Part shown: in pieces, positions 30,460 through 38,997 of the stretch | How the letters are laid out: each line of letters begins with the position of its first letter | How positions within the stretch are numbered: the first letter of the stretch is position 1 | Source: a virus | Lineage: Duplodnaviria > Caudoviricetes | IMG/VR virus record: IMGVR_UViG_3300021373_002652 | Location: 4,332-68,331 of that record | Strand: one strand, 5' to 3' | Length of the DNA: 64,000 nt | Made by a program: the position numbers and the translations under genes | Notes under the pieces: model-generated | What the model was told of the DNA's origin: nothing | Databases searched by the model: none | What the model saw: the letters and a program-made list of their open reading frames with translations, nothing else

Positions 30460-31046
30460 AGTCCTAAATCTTTTCTAATATCATTCTTTACAGTAGTTAA
30501 ATATTTGGTTCTTTTTTTATGAGAAACAAATGGTACTGACCAAAATTGTTTTGTTTTCATCCATCTACTGAGTTTCCATCCGAAAACGAAGGTAAACACA
30601 CCCAACACCAATCTTAGTTTGACTGAGTTAAGATATAGGGTTCTGACGGGTAGTGATGGTGCACCATGTGTAATGTAAGTTCTTACTTTCTTATCTTTGA
30701 GGAATGGTTTTGGATATGCATATAGTTTTGTAAAGTTTACAAACTTGTATGCAAAACCTGGTGTAAATACTTCATCAAAAAATACTTCCATTCTTGGTGT
30801 TAATCTGAACCACCATACAGGTGATATAAAATAAATATGAGTAGACCAAGTAACTAAATCTTGATACTTCTTAATTAAATCTGTTCTCGGTCTTGAGAAT
30901 GAATCTCTGTACAAATCAATCACTCGATATGATTGTTTATGTTTTCTCATTTGTCTTGTAGCAGTTTTATAGATACCATTCCAACAGAATGATTTCTTAT
31001 CAGGATGTCCTACTACAATTAAAATCTTTTTTTGTTCTTTTTTCAC
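30456..31046 (-). CDS. Flavodoxin-2 family NAD(P)H-dependent oxidoreductase
   Basis: VGHPDKKSF, IDLY, PVWWF, FDEVFTPGFAY. Confidence 0.85.
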   Translation of the reverse strand: MKKEQKKILIVVGHPDKKSFCWNGIYKTATRQMRKHKQSYRVIDLYRDSFSRPRTDLIKKYQDLVTWSTHIYFISPVWWFRLTPRMEVFFDEVFTPGFAYKFVNFTKLYAYPKPFLKDKKVRTYITHGAPSLPVRTLYLNSVKLRLVLGVFTFVFGWKLSRWMKTKQFWSVPFVSHKKRTKYLTTVKNDIRKDLGL

Positions 31047-31258
31047 AACTTATATTTTTTCTTATATCTTTCTACAAATGATATACCAACTCCCAATTCT
31101 AAAATTTCATTTTCTTTTGGGATGAGTGGTTTTCTTTTTGTGGTAGTAATAATATCATCAACTCGTGTGTTCTCAAATATTTCCATTATAACTTTTGAGT
31201 TTTTACGAGGGCCTTTGTGAACCACTACTATTTCTAATATTCTATTTGTATTACCCAT
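31043..31258 (-). CDS. Hypothetical protein
   Basis: 71-aa ORF in operon. Confidence 0.55.
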   Translation of the reverse strand: MGNTNRILEIVVVHKGPRKNSKVIMEIFENTRVDDIITTTKRKPLIPKENEILELGVGISFVERYKKKYKL

Positions 31259-31508
31259 TAGTTATTACACCCCATAGAATCATGATTAGTAGAATACCAC
31301 CCAATCCAATACAACCATATGTCATTACTTTTAGATTAGATTCATATTGTTTATCACTTCTACCTTGTCTACTTCTATACTGTCTTTCTTTTTTTGGTTC
31401 AAGTTCATCAATTAAAAATCCTATTCTCTCTTTTGCAATATACGGAGAATCTTCTTCTAATAATTGTTTAATCTGTTTTAAATTCTTTTTGATATATTCC
31501 TTTTCCAT
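31251..31508 (-). CDS. Hypothetical membrane protein
   Basis: C-terminal TM helix; probable start MEKEY at 31508. Confidence 0.55.
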   Translation of the reverse strand: MEKEYIKKNLKQIKQLLEEDSPYIAKERIGFLIDELEPKKERQYRSRQGRSDKQYESNLKVMTYGCIGLGGILLIMILWGVITNG

Positions 31509-31509
31509 A

Positions 31510-31674
31510 TTATAATTTATTATCGTGATGTCTTTGTTTAATCTTTTTATATTTCTTTTTAAGATTTTTTGCATCAGCATGTTTTCTCTTTTCTATCGTA
31601 TCAACAACTTCTTTTGTTTTACTTCGTTTCTCTCTTGCCGATTCTGATTTTTGTAATCGTTTTCCTCTATCCAT
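31510..31674 (-). CDS. Small basic protein (54 aa, not in track)
   Basis: Hand translation MDRGKRLQKSESAREKRSK...HHDNKL; fills the gap exactly. Confidence 0.5.
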   Translation of the reverse strand: MDRGKRLQKSESAREKRSKTKEVVDTIEKRKHADAKNLKKKYKKIKQRHHDNKL

Positions 31675-31676
31675 AA

Positions 31677-31862
31677 TTAAATAAATTTATTAATATTAAT
31701 TTTCTTTTCAATATCTTTTAATTTTTCTTTCATGTAATATTTTGCATATTCTGCCATCAGAGTATCCAACATTGTGTAATGAGAAAAAGCATCCGATTCT
31801 ATCGGTTTGTTTTCCCATTCGTTTTCACTTAACCATTCTTTGGGTTCTAACATAATGCACAT
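31677..31862 (-). CDS. Hypothetical protein
   Basis: Short ORF in operon. Confidence 0.5.
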   Translation of the reverse strand: MCIMLEPKEWLSENEWENKPIESDAFSHYTMLDTLMAEYAKYYMKEKLKDIEKKININKFI

Positions 31863-32164
31863 TCTTCATCAGGCATAATCCAAAGAAGAAAAATAATAAA
31901 GAGTATTGCCAAGATTGTTATCAATACTCTAACTGGTCTTGATTGTTTCTCTTTGTATGCTCTAAGTTTCATTCCCCATTTGTAGGAGAGTTCTCCTGCC
32001 CAATCAAACATTCTACCAACCAAATCAAATGGTGGTACTTTCATAATTGTTGCAAAAAAGATAACGAATCCTTCTAATCCATATCCTTCTTGAAACATCA
32101 TCCATATAGATAATACTAAGAAGTACCATCCTATATATTTTTGTAAGTGTTGTTTTATTTTCAT
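31847..32164 (-). CDS. Hypothetical membrane protein
   Basis: Hydrophobic segments; CxxC at the C-terminus. Confidence 0.55.
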   Translation of the reverse strand: MKIKQHLQKYIGWYFLVLSIWMMFQEGYGLEGFVIFFATIMKVPPFDLVGRMFDWAGELSYKWGMKLRAYKEKQSRPVRVLITILAILFIIFLLWIMPDEECALC

Positions 32165-33060
32165 TTTATAAATGGTAATATAGATAACTCTTTTGCCTTA
32201 GCCTCTACCATAACATCTACATCGTTACCATATAAGTTAGGTAACTTGTTGATGTAATCTGAGTGAGCCTGTGGTTTGAGTTTCTCATTGTTTTCATGTA
32301 ATTGTTTTGATTCCGAATAGTGAACTATCGGTTTAATATCTTTTGGCCAAGTAGAGATTGCCAATTCAAGTGCTTCTTGTTCTGATAACCCACCTGTATT
32401 AAATGTGTGGTGATGATAATCAAATACGATAGGAATACCAATTCTCTCATGTATGTACATCAAATCTTTTACTGAGTACATAGATGCTTTATCATCATTC
32501 TCTACTGTTAATCTTCCTTGTACTGCTGGAGAGAGTTTCTCAAAGTTCTTACAGAATCTATCCATAGCAGAAATCTTATCTCCATACACACCATTACAAT
32601 GAATGTTTAGTTTGTTATATGGTGTACGAGATAATCCCAACATATCAAATATCTTACCATGTATTTCCAAATCGGTAATAGTATTTTTTACTACATTCTC
32701 TCTTGGGGATACAAGTACGTTGAAAGGACCAGGATGTGCGGTAATACGAATACCATTAGTATTTGCATAATGTCCACACGCCTGAAGTACTGTTTCAATT
32801 CGTTTGTAGTATGGTGAGTTCTCAATATCATACTCAGAAGCCCATGGAAACATTTCAGAAGATAATCTAAAACATTTAATGTTGTTCTGATTGTTCCATT
32901 CCAATATAGTGAATAAATCTCGTGAGTTCTGTAATCCTAACTCACCAGCATATTCAACACCCTTCTCTAAGAAGGTTCTTTTAATCATTGAACGATTAGT
33001 GGTTACTTTAGGTTTTTGTTTACCTAAAGTCATGTTAATACAAGCGTATCCTAAATTCAT
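32161..33060 (-). CDS. uvsE: UV damage endonuclease (UvsE/UVDE)
   Basis: LGYACIN, FRLSS, HPGPF, LTVENDD, DYHHH, HYSES, AHSD, VEAKAKE. Confidence 0.95.
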   Translation of the reverse strand: MNLGYACINMTLGKQKPKVTTNRSMIKRTFLEKGVEYAGELGLQNSRDLFTILEWNNQNNIKCFRLSSEMFPWASEYDIENSPYYKRIETVLQACGHYANTNGIRITAHPGPFNVLVSPRENVVKNTITDLEIHGKIFDMLGLSRTPYNKLNIHCNGVYGDKISAMDRFCKNFEKLSPAVQGRLTVENDDKASMYSVKDLMYIHERIGIPIVFDYHHHTFNTGGLSEQEALELAISTWPKDIKPIVHYSESKQLHENNEKLKPQAHSDYINKLPNLYGNDVDVMVEAKAKELSILPFIK

Positions 33061-33090
33061 ATTCTTTCGTTTAAGTTTTATTTACTAATG

Positions 33091-33122
33091 TAAATATACG
33101 AAAAATATTTGAATTATCCAAG
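33091..33122 (-). promoter_or_regulatory. Early/host-sigmaA-type promoter
   Basis: CTTGGATAATTCAAATATTTTTCGTATATTTA. Confidence 0.75.
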
Positions 33123-33124
33123 CA

Positions 33125-33463
33125 TTATAGTGAAAAACTTTCTCCACATCCACAAGTTCTATTGGCATTTGGATTTGACCACTCAAACCCCTTTCCATTT
33201 AATCCACTTGAATAATCTAATTGTGAACCTAAAAGGTACATAAAAGATTGTTTATCTACAACTACATTTATACTTTCGGTTTCGAATGTTTTATCTCCTT
33301 CAAGTAAATCAGTCTTTTCACCAAATTCCATAAAGTATTGTAAACCACTACAACCACCACTTAATACACCAACTCTAAGATGATGTGTTTCTGGTGATTT
33401 ATCTTCTTCTTTTAAGTTTTGAATCAATTGTTTATTTGCGGCTTCTGTAATTTGTACTGACAT
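33125..33463 (-). CDS. iscA: A-type Fe-S cluster carrier (IscA/HesB)
   Basis: GGCSGLQY, NPNANRTCGCGESF. Confidence 0.95.
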   Translation of the reverse strand: MSVQITEAANKQLIQNLKEEDKSPETHHLRVGVLSGGCSGLQYFMEFGEKTDLLEGDKTFETESINVVVDKQSFMYLLGSQLDYSSGLNGKGFEWSNPNANRTCGCGESFSL

Positions 33464-33464
33464 A

Positions 33465-34781
33465 TTAATATGTTTTTGAGTTAAAATCTGTTGGGTATTG
33501 GCTTTTTATTTCTTCAAGTGCAGTTGTATTACCACCTCTATAATTTAACCAGTGATTTATTGCCTGTCTATCGTTTATCCATCTTTCTTTTTTGTTCCAA
33601 TCAAACCAAGGATGTAAGTAATATGGTTTACCATTAAAACTATGTTTCCAATTACCCAACTCATATGCTTTCTTTTTTTCTTCTTCAGTAATTATACCAT
33701 CTTGGTTTATATCTTCATCTATCTTACCATCTTCATCTAAATCCTCAACCATATCATTCATAACCAAATCTAATGCATGGTCCTCATCCCATTCATCATT
33801 TGTATCTTCTACGTCAGTTTCAACCTGATTATCTTCATATGAAACATCATCTAATCCATCTTGTAAAGTGTTATCTAATTCATTGGTAAGTTCTTCTTCC
33901 CATTCTTTTTCCTCATCACTATCATCATTAGAGGAATCATCTTCACCATATAGTTCTCTCTTACGAACTACTTTATCTTTTTTAACAATTCCTCTATCAA
34001 CTTTAACAGCGTTGTTAAAAGCAATTACAAGTGCAACGGCCAATGGGTCGAATACAAATATAATGATTAGGATAAACCAGTTGATAATCTGGTCCATTGG
34101 TTTGTTAAGTAATCCACTAAGATATTCTAATGGGCCTAATTCAGATGATACACCTTCCATAGATTCTAAATCTAATATTCTTAACTGAATAGATTGTAGT
34201 GAATCTGCAGCTACTTCTCTTTTCGCTTGTACCGAGCTCTTGTTTCTCTCTTCCACTTCAATACGAGATTGTGCCAACCTAAGTTCTGCAGTGGAGATTG
34301 TGGTTCTAACGCCCCCAACCACCGAGGTGTCTCGTACTTGGATTGATTGAGATTTCGCATTAGAAAGAGTACTAATGTTACTACTAATTCTTTTAAGTTC
34401 TTCATCATATCGTGTTACATCATCTTCCCAAAATTGTTCTTTCTGTTGTAGGAATGCCAATTGTTTTTCTTTTACACTATACTGATTAAATGTATCTTGA
34501 AATGCTGATGTTAGAAATCCATAGATACCTAATGATGTTATAAGGATTAGGATAACTACTGCAATACTTAGATAGATTCTAAATGATTTGTTTATCCTTT
34601 CCCAATAGTTGTAAAGATAACCAGCTGTAATTAGTTTTGCTAGTTCCAATGAACTTGCCATTATTATTACAGAAAATGCCGCTCCTGCAAATAGTTTAGA
34701 TAAACCACTTACTGAAAAGAATGCCGCATTGAATGCTACAAACAACGCAGATAATCCTAATAATAGTGTTCTGAATTTCAT
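33465..34781 (-). CDS. Multi-pass membrane coiled-coil protein with acidic tail and EF-hand-like loop
   Basis: FSVSGL..LELAKL..SLGIYGFL..ELGPLEYL..VFDPLAV; DINQDGIITEEE. Confidence 0.7.
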   Translation of the reverse strand: MKFRTLLLGLSALFVAFNAAFFSVSGLSKLFAGAAFSVIIMASSLELAKLITAGYLYNYWERINKSFRIYLSIAVVILILITSLGIYGFLTSAFQDTFNQYSVKEKQLAFLQQKEQFWEDDVTRYDEELKRISSNISTLSNAKSQSIQVRDTSVVGGVRTTISTAELRLAQSRIEVEERNKSSVQAKREVAADSLQSIQLRILDLESMEGVSSELGPLEYLSGLLNKPMDQIINWFILIIIFVFDPLAVALVIAFNNAVKVDRGIVKKDKVVRKRELYGEDDSSNDDSDEEKEWEEELTNELDNTLQDGLDDVSYEDNQVETDVEDTNDEWDEDHALDLVMNDMVEDLDEDGKIDEDINQDGIITEEEKKKAYELGNWKHSFNGKPYYLHPWFDWNKKERWINDRQAINHWLNYRGGNTTALEEIKSQYPTDFNSKTY

Positions 34782-34785
34782 AAGG

Positions 34786-34965
34786 TTATCCCCTAATTAC
34801 TATCTCTCTTACCTTTTCTAAATTTGTAAGAACTTCTCGTAGATAAATATCTGCCATTTTTGAGTCAGCAGGTCTTTCTCCTGTAACCATTTCTTTTACA
34901 ATCTTAATTCGTGTTTCCATTGATTCGATTGTATCATCTACTTTTGATTTATAAATATCTTTCAT
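34786..34965 (-). CDS. Small hypothetical protein (59 aa, not in track)
   Basis: Hand translation MKDIYKSKVDDTIESMETR...EIVIRG; TATTTATA upstream. Confidence 0.55.
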   Translation of the reverse strand: MKDIYKSKVDDTIESMETRIKIVKEMVTGERPADSKMADIYLREVLTNLEKVREIVIRG

Positions 34966-34988
34966 TTGATATGTTTTATTGTTACTAT

Positions 34989-34996
34989 TATAAATA
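34989..34996 (-). promoter_or_regulatory. Putative late promoter TATTTATA
   Basis: Directly after the hsp20 terminator. Confidence 0.5.
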
Positions 34997-35004
34997 TTAG
35001 GATA

Positions 35005-35036
35005 TAAAAAAAGGGGATTTTTCCAAACCCCCTTTT
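35005..35036 (-). terminator. Intrinsic terminator (possibly bidirectional)
   Basis: AAAAGGGGG...CCCCTTTTTTTT hairpin after hsp20. Confidence 0.75.
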
Positions 35037-35052
35037 AGTTCTTGATATGAGA

Positions 35053-35424
35053 TTAATAAGATATCTTTAAGGACTTTGCCTTCTTGTTTACTTTCTTATC
35101 AATGAGGAGAGTGAGTAACCCATTATCAAATTTAGCAGTTGTTTTTGTACCATCATAATCAGTACCAACTGTTAATACTAAATCAATATCTTGAACAAAA
35201 CGAGAAGTATCTTCTCCTTTTTTAGATTTGATTGTAATTTCCTCTTCAGTAACATCTACTGTAATATCTTTTGGATTATGTCCAATAGTGTTAATTGTAA
35301 CTTGTTGTTTACCATCATCCAATACCTCAGCATCAAATTGTGAATGTAATCGTTTAGTTGGTTTTGTTGTGTAGATATCCTTAAAGAAGTTATCTACAAA
35401 GTTTTCATTAATTGTGTAAAACAT
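35053..35424 (-). CDS. Small heat shock protein (Hsp20/alpha-crystallin)
   Basis: GHNPKDITVDV, TAKFDNGLLTLLI, C-terminal LKI motif. Confidence 0.85.
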   Translation of the reverse strand: MFYTINENFVDNFFKDIYTTKPTKRLHSQFDAEVLDDGKQQVTINTIGHNPKDITVDVTEEEITIKSKKGEDTSRFVQDIDLVLTVGTDYDGTKTTAKFDNGLLTLLIDKKVNKKAKSLKISY

Positions 35425-35466
35425 AATTTTCCTTTTTTTTTTAGTTAAACATTTACATATTATATT

Positions 35467-35549
35467 ACCAAATCTATACCAATGTAATTTGTCAAGGTAT
35501 AGTATGACATTTTGTCAGTTTTATCAAGGTATAACATGACAAAGTGTCA
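35467..35549 (-). promoter_or_regulatory. Regulatory region upstream of hsp20: two TGACA-N3-TGTCA palindromes plus a sigma54-like element
   Basis: TGACAtttTGTCA 35505-35517 and TGACAaagTGTCA 35537-35549 in a 32-bp-period direct repeat; minus strand TTGGTATAGATTTGGT at 35467-35482. Confidence 0.6.
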
Positions 35550-35876
35550 TTCTATATCTTCGTTTGTTAAACTTCTATATAATATTGCAAGTTCTTCTTC
35601 AGTTTTACATAACCCCAATCCATTTAATTCATGTATCTCAACAACAAATTCATCTTTCTCAAGTCCAAGTTCTTCTTGTTCATCATCTGCACAAGAAATT
35701 AAACATGGAGCTCTTTCATCAGGATTATCTTTTGGTAGTGGGAGTGTATAATATGTATATGATAAAGGATTTCCATCATCATCTTCACCATCCGAATCGG
35801 TGTTTTTTTCCCATTCTTGCCTTTCAAAAGTTTTTTTTGTTATTGGTATAAATGGAAACTCTATAAAGTTTGTCAT
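35547..35876 (-). CDS. Hypothetical acidic protein
   Basis: 109-aa ORF in operon. Confidence 0.6.
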   Translation of the reverse strand: MTNFIEFPFIPITKKTFERQEWEKNTDSDGEDDDGNPLSYTYYTLPLPKDNPDERAPCLISCADDEQEELGLEKDEFVVEIHELNGLGLCKTEEELAILYRSLTNEDIE

Positions 35877-36328
35877 TCTAAAACGATTTTTATAGTATCT
35901 GAAGTTAGATGTTCTCTAATTATACCTGTAACTATTAATGTATCTCCAACCATTGTGTTAATAGGAGCTATAACATTCATCACACTACCATCAATAGAAT
36001 ATGAAGCTTGGTTTGTAACCTCAACTAACTCATCTTGATATACCCAATCTAAGTTACTACTCCATTCTACTTTTAGTGGATTGTACAGTTCGTAATTATT
36101 AATCGTACCACTAATGGTGTGGATAGTTTGATTGGTATCTTGGTTTAACTCTAAGTGATAATATCCATTATCATCTATTGGTAACCTACCATCTATTTCT
36201 AAAGTTGGTTCTTCTAACACTAATACATCATCTGCTATCGAACAAGATGTTAATGTTCCCAATAACATTAGTGAATAAAGAACTAATGCAAACGTTAATA
36301 AAAAATTTATACTATCGAATTGTTTCAT
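35873..36328 (-). CDS. Putative lipoprotein
   Basis: Hydrophobic N-terminus ending LTSC (lipobox-like). Confidence 0.6.
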   Translation of the reverse strand: MKQFDSINFLLTFALVLYSLMLLGTLTSCSIADDVLVLEEPTLEIDGRLPIDDNGYYHLELNQDTNQTIHTISGTINNYELYNPLKVEWSSNLDWVYQDELVEVTNQASYSIDGSVMNVIAPINTMVGDTLIVTGIIREHLTSDTIKIVLE

Positions 36329-36843
36329 AATAAGTAATCTAATATACTATCCCAAGTTGGAAACTCATTTGGTTTGTTATCATTTTCCCAATCGTTACCG
36401 AATCTTAATAGTTTACCACTAAACTCACCCGCCCCATTCTTCAATCTATCATCAATAAGGTAATCACCCATCAACAAATCTTTTCTGTGAGTAATAAACA
36501 TTCTTTTGTGGAATATATCACCGAAGTAATCTTCTATCCAAAATCTTTTATCTGTGTTTGATTGTGGGTTACCCCATGGAGCTGAAGTAGCTATGAACAA
36601 TTCATACTTACCACTATTGTGTAGTTTCTTTACAGCTTCGATGGCTCCTTTCATTGGTGGAGCTATTCTGAATAATCCTTGGATGTGGTCAGGAAAAGTT
36701 TCATACCTCCCCTTTAAATGTGGATGACTAGCAAACCAATCTTCAATTGCTTTACCAAAATCAACTAATACTCCATCCATATCGATGTAAACTATCTTTT
36801 TTTTCAATACCTTTTGTTTTTTAATGTTATTATTATCACTCAT
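36325..36843 (-). CDS. 5'(3')-deoxyribonucleotidase (HAD, NT5C family)
   Basis: YIDMDGVLVDF, HRKDLLMGDYLIDDR. Confidence 0.92.
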   Translation of the reverse strand: MSDNNNIKKQKVLKKKIVYIDMDGVLVDFGKAIEDWFASHPHLKGRYETFPDHIQGLFRIAPPMKGAIEAVKKLHNSGKYELFIATSAPWGNPQSNTDKRFWIEDYFGDIFHKRMFITHRKDLLMGDYLIDDRLKNGAGEFSGKLLRFGNDWENDNKPNEFPTWDSILDYLL

Positions 36844-36851
36844 TTACTATG

Positions 36852-36883
36852 TAAATATACGAAAAATATTTGGATTTACCAAA
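36852..36883 (-). promoter_or_regulatory. Early/host-sigmaA-type promoter embedded in a palindrome
   Basis: TTTGGTAAATCCAAATATTTTTCGTATATTTA. Confidence 0.75.
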
Positions 36884-36911
36884 TATTTTCGTGTTTATTT
36901 TTAGTAAATTA

Positions 36912-37109
36912 CTAAGTAGTAGTAGGGTTATCTCTTTGTTCTTGAGATAGGTGAGAACGGAATCCAAGTACTGGTACATGACCTGTAATTTCGATTTCTC
37001 TTTTCTTAATAAATTGTTTAGATACTTGTAGTGTTTCTAAATCTGTTTCATTCATTACCCAATCTTTGAATAGGTAAGTTAATAGTTTACTTTTAATTGT
37101 TTTAATCAT
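36912..37109 (-). CDS. Hypothetical protein
   Basis: 65-aa ORF. Confidence 0.5.
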   Translation of the reverse strand: MIKTIKSKLLTYLFKDWVMNETDLETLQVSKQFIKKREIEITGHVPVLGFRSHLSQEQRDNPTTT

Positions 37110-37127
37110 AATTTTAAATTTAATTGT

Positions 37128-37331
37128 TTAATAAAATGTACTCATTGCGGCTCTCAAACCTTCTTTTGTTGCCAAGTGTACAGAGTCTAACCTTGGATTT
37201 AAAGTAGGATATTGTTTGTATTGTTTAACCGCTAACGTTTTAGCTCCTCTTAGGGTTTTAGCCCATACAGTATTCCAACCACCCTCTTCAAAGGTGAACA
37301 TATACTCTTTCAATTGTAATTCGTTATTCAT
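37128..37331 (-). CDS. Hypothetical protein
   Basis: 67-aa ORF, GGWNTVWA motif. Confidence 0.55.
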   Translation of the reverse strand: MNNELQLKEYMFTFEEGGWNTVWAKTLRGAKTLAVKQYKQYPTLNPRLDSVHLATKEGLRAAMSTFY

Positions 37332-37665
37332 ATTTTATATTTAAGGTTTCGTTAATTAGTTTTAAGATATCTCCACAATAACTCCAAGTGTTCCAAGAGT
37401 AGTAAGTATCAGTAGAAGTAGCGTGGAGGTTAATTGATGGAATTCTCAATCTACCACCAGTATATTCTCTCGAACCACCACTTGTGTGATATCTTAATCC
37501 ATTTGGTCTCCACTTAGTTTCACTCCAATCACAGTAATCATGTTCGATGTTTAATTCAGTAAGTAGATTAGAAACCCATCTTAGTTGTGGCATCGGGCCT
37601 TCACCATTGGATTTCTTTACTAACTTCTCGTAGTGTTTATAGTTTTTAAGGTTTTTTAACTTCAT
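37324..37665 (-). CDS. Hypothetical early protein
   Basis: 113-aa ORF directly after an early promoter. Confidence 0.6.
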   Translation of the reverse strand: MKLKNLKNYKHYEKLVKKSNGEGPMPQLRWVSNLLTELNIEHDYCDWSETKWRPNGLRYHTSGGSREYTGGRLRIPSINLHATSTDTYYSWNTWSYCGDILKLINETLNIKYE

Positions 37666-37684
37666 ATCTTAATTATTTACATAG

Positions 37685-37716
37685 TAAATATACGAAAAAA
37701 ATATGAAATAAACAAG
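37685..37716 (-). promoter_or_regulatory. Early/host-sigmaA-type promoter
   Basis: CTTGTTTATTTCATATTTTTTTCGTATATTTA. Confidence 0.72.
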
Positions 37717-37767
37717 CAAAAAGTGAATTATTTTTATTTTTTTTAAGCCTATAAATATTTTAAACTA

Positions 37768-38433
37768 CTATGCATAAGCTGCTAATAATCTTAGTATTTC
37801 ATCTAATGATTCATGTCTGTGATTATCCAATAAACTTACAGCATACACATACTTAGATTCCTTTACTTTTGGAACTTCATGTATTGCTGAATCATTAGCA
37901 AACTTTAAATCAATCTGTTGTGGGTCACCAGTAAGAATCATAGTTGATTTTTTTCCCAATCTACCTAACACCATACTAAGTTGTTGTTTCGTTAAGTTTT
38001 GAAACTCATCTACAATCACACACGCATTATCAAATGTTCTACCTCTAAAGTGGGATAACGATACTAACTCTATGTTTTCATCCGATTCCATCTTCTGTAA
38101 TATAGTTGGTTTATTGTAAACCTTTCTCATATTAGAACGAATAGGTACTAACCATGGCTCCATCTTTTCATCAAGTGAACCCGGTAAATATCCATTATCT
38201 TCATTTGATACAGTTGGTCTTGTTATTACTATTTGATTTATCTTACGAGTAAAAAACATATCCAATGCTATCTGTACTGCAAGAAGTGTTTTACCACTAC
38301 CAGCTTTACCCATTACGAAGTTATACGGATGGTATAAGATATTTGTCTTTGCCATCTTTTGTTCTTCTGATAGGGTTATTGAAAACTTTACTTTACCTTT
38401 AGGTGGGTTTTTACTAATGTTCTGTGTTGCCAT
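37768..38433 (-). CDS. phoH: PhoH-family ATPase
   Basis: GKAGSGKT, ITRP, GYLPG, RGRTF, DEFQN, TGDPQQ, HRH. Confidence 0.95.
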   Translation of the reverse strand: MATQNISKNPPKGKVKFSITLSEEQKMAKTNILYHPYNFVMGKAGSGKTLLAVQIALDMFFTRKINQIVITRPTVSNEDNGYLPGSLDEKMEPWLVPIRSNMRKVYNKPTILQKMESDENIELVSLSHFRGRTFDNACVIVDEFQNLTKQQLSMVLGRLGKKSTMILTGDPQQIDLKFANDSAIHEVPKVKESKYVYAVSLLDNHRHESLDEILRLLAAYA

Positions 38434-38968
38434 TATTCTCCTTTATAAAATTAAAATCATACCAACCCACTTTATAGCAAATGTGAATTGATTTCTCGTT
38501 CCAAGTGTCAGCGTGTGAATACAAACAATCGATTCCATCATACTCTAAAAACTTTTTTAAAGTTAAATGATACATACTAACTCCACATCCTTTTGGTTTG
38601 TTTTTGAGTTTTTGAGTAACAAACGCACCACCAACAAACATTTCATTTGATTTGAGAGGTTGATACATTTCTTCCCAAAGTGGTGTGTGGTTATGATTAC
38701 CCCACATCCAACCAATTGGAGAATTATTGTAATAAAATAAATGTACTGAGGAGTTGTGTGTTTCGAACCTACTATGTAGCATAAGTTCATCAGGAATTCC
38801 AACCCAATCAAAATCTCGTTTCATTAAATCTGAAACGTAGAGGAGCTCATGAATATAATTATTATAGTTTTCTTTGTTTATTAAAACTATATTATAATCT
38901 TCCAAGATTTCGAAAGGAACTAAACTTTCTTTCGTAAGTTTTAGTTGTATTATTTTGGTTGTATCCAT
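38414..38968 (-). CDS. GNAT-like acetyltransferase
   Basis: PIGWMW..FVGGAFV..KGCG..ADTWNEKSI..KVGW motif A/B-like pattern. Confidence 0.6.
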   Translation of the reverse strand: MDTTKIIQLKLTKESLVPFEILEDYNIVLINKENYNNYIHELLYVSDLMKRDFDWVGIPDELMLHSRFETHNSSVHLFYYNNSPIGWMWGNHNHTPLWEEMYQPLKSNEMFVGGAFVTQKLKNKPKGCGVSMYHLTLKKFLEYDGIDCLYSHADTWNEKSIHICYKVGWYDFNFIKENNGNTEH

Positions 38969-38987
38969 AAAGTAACATCTTTACAGA

Positions 38988-38995
38988 TATAAATA
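38988..38995 (-). promoter_or_regulatory. Putative late promoter TATTTATA
   Basis: 20 nt upstream of the GNAT-like gene. Confidence 0.45.
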
Positions 38996-38997
38996 TA

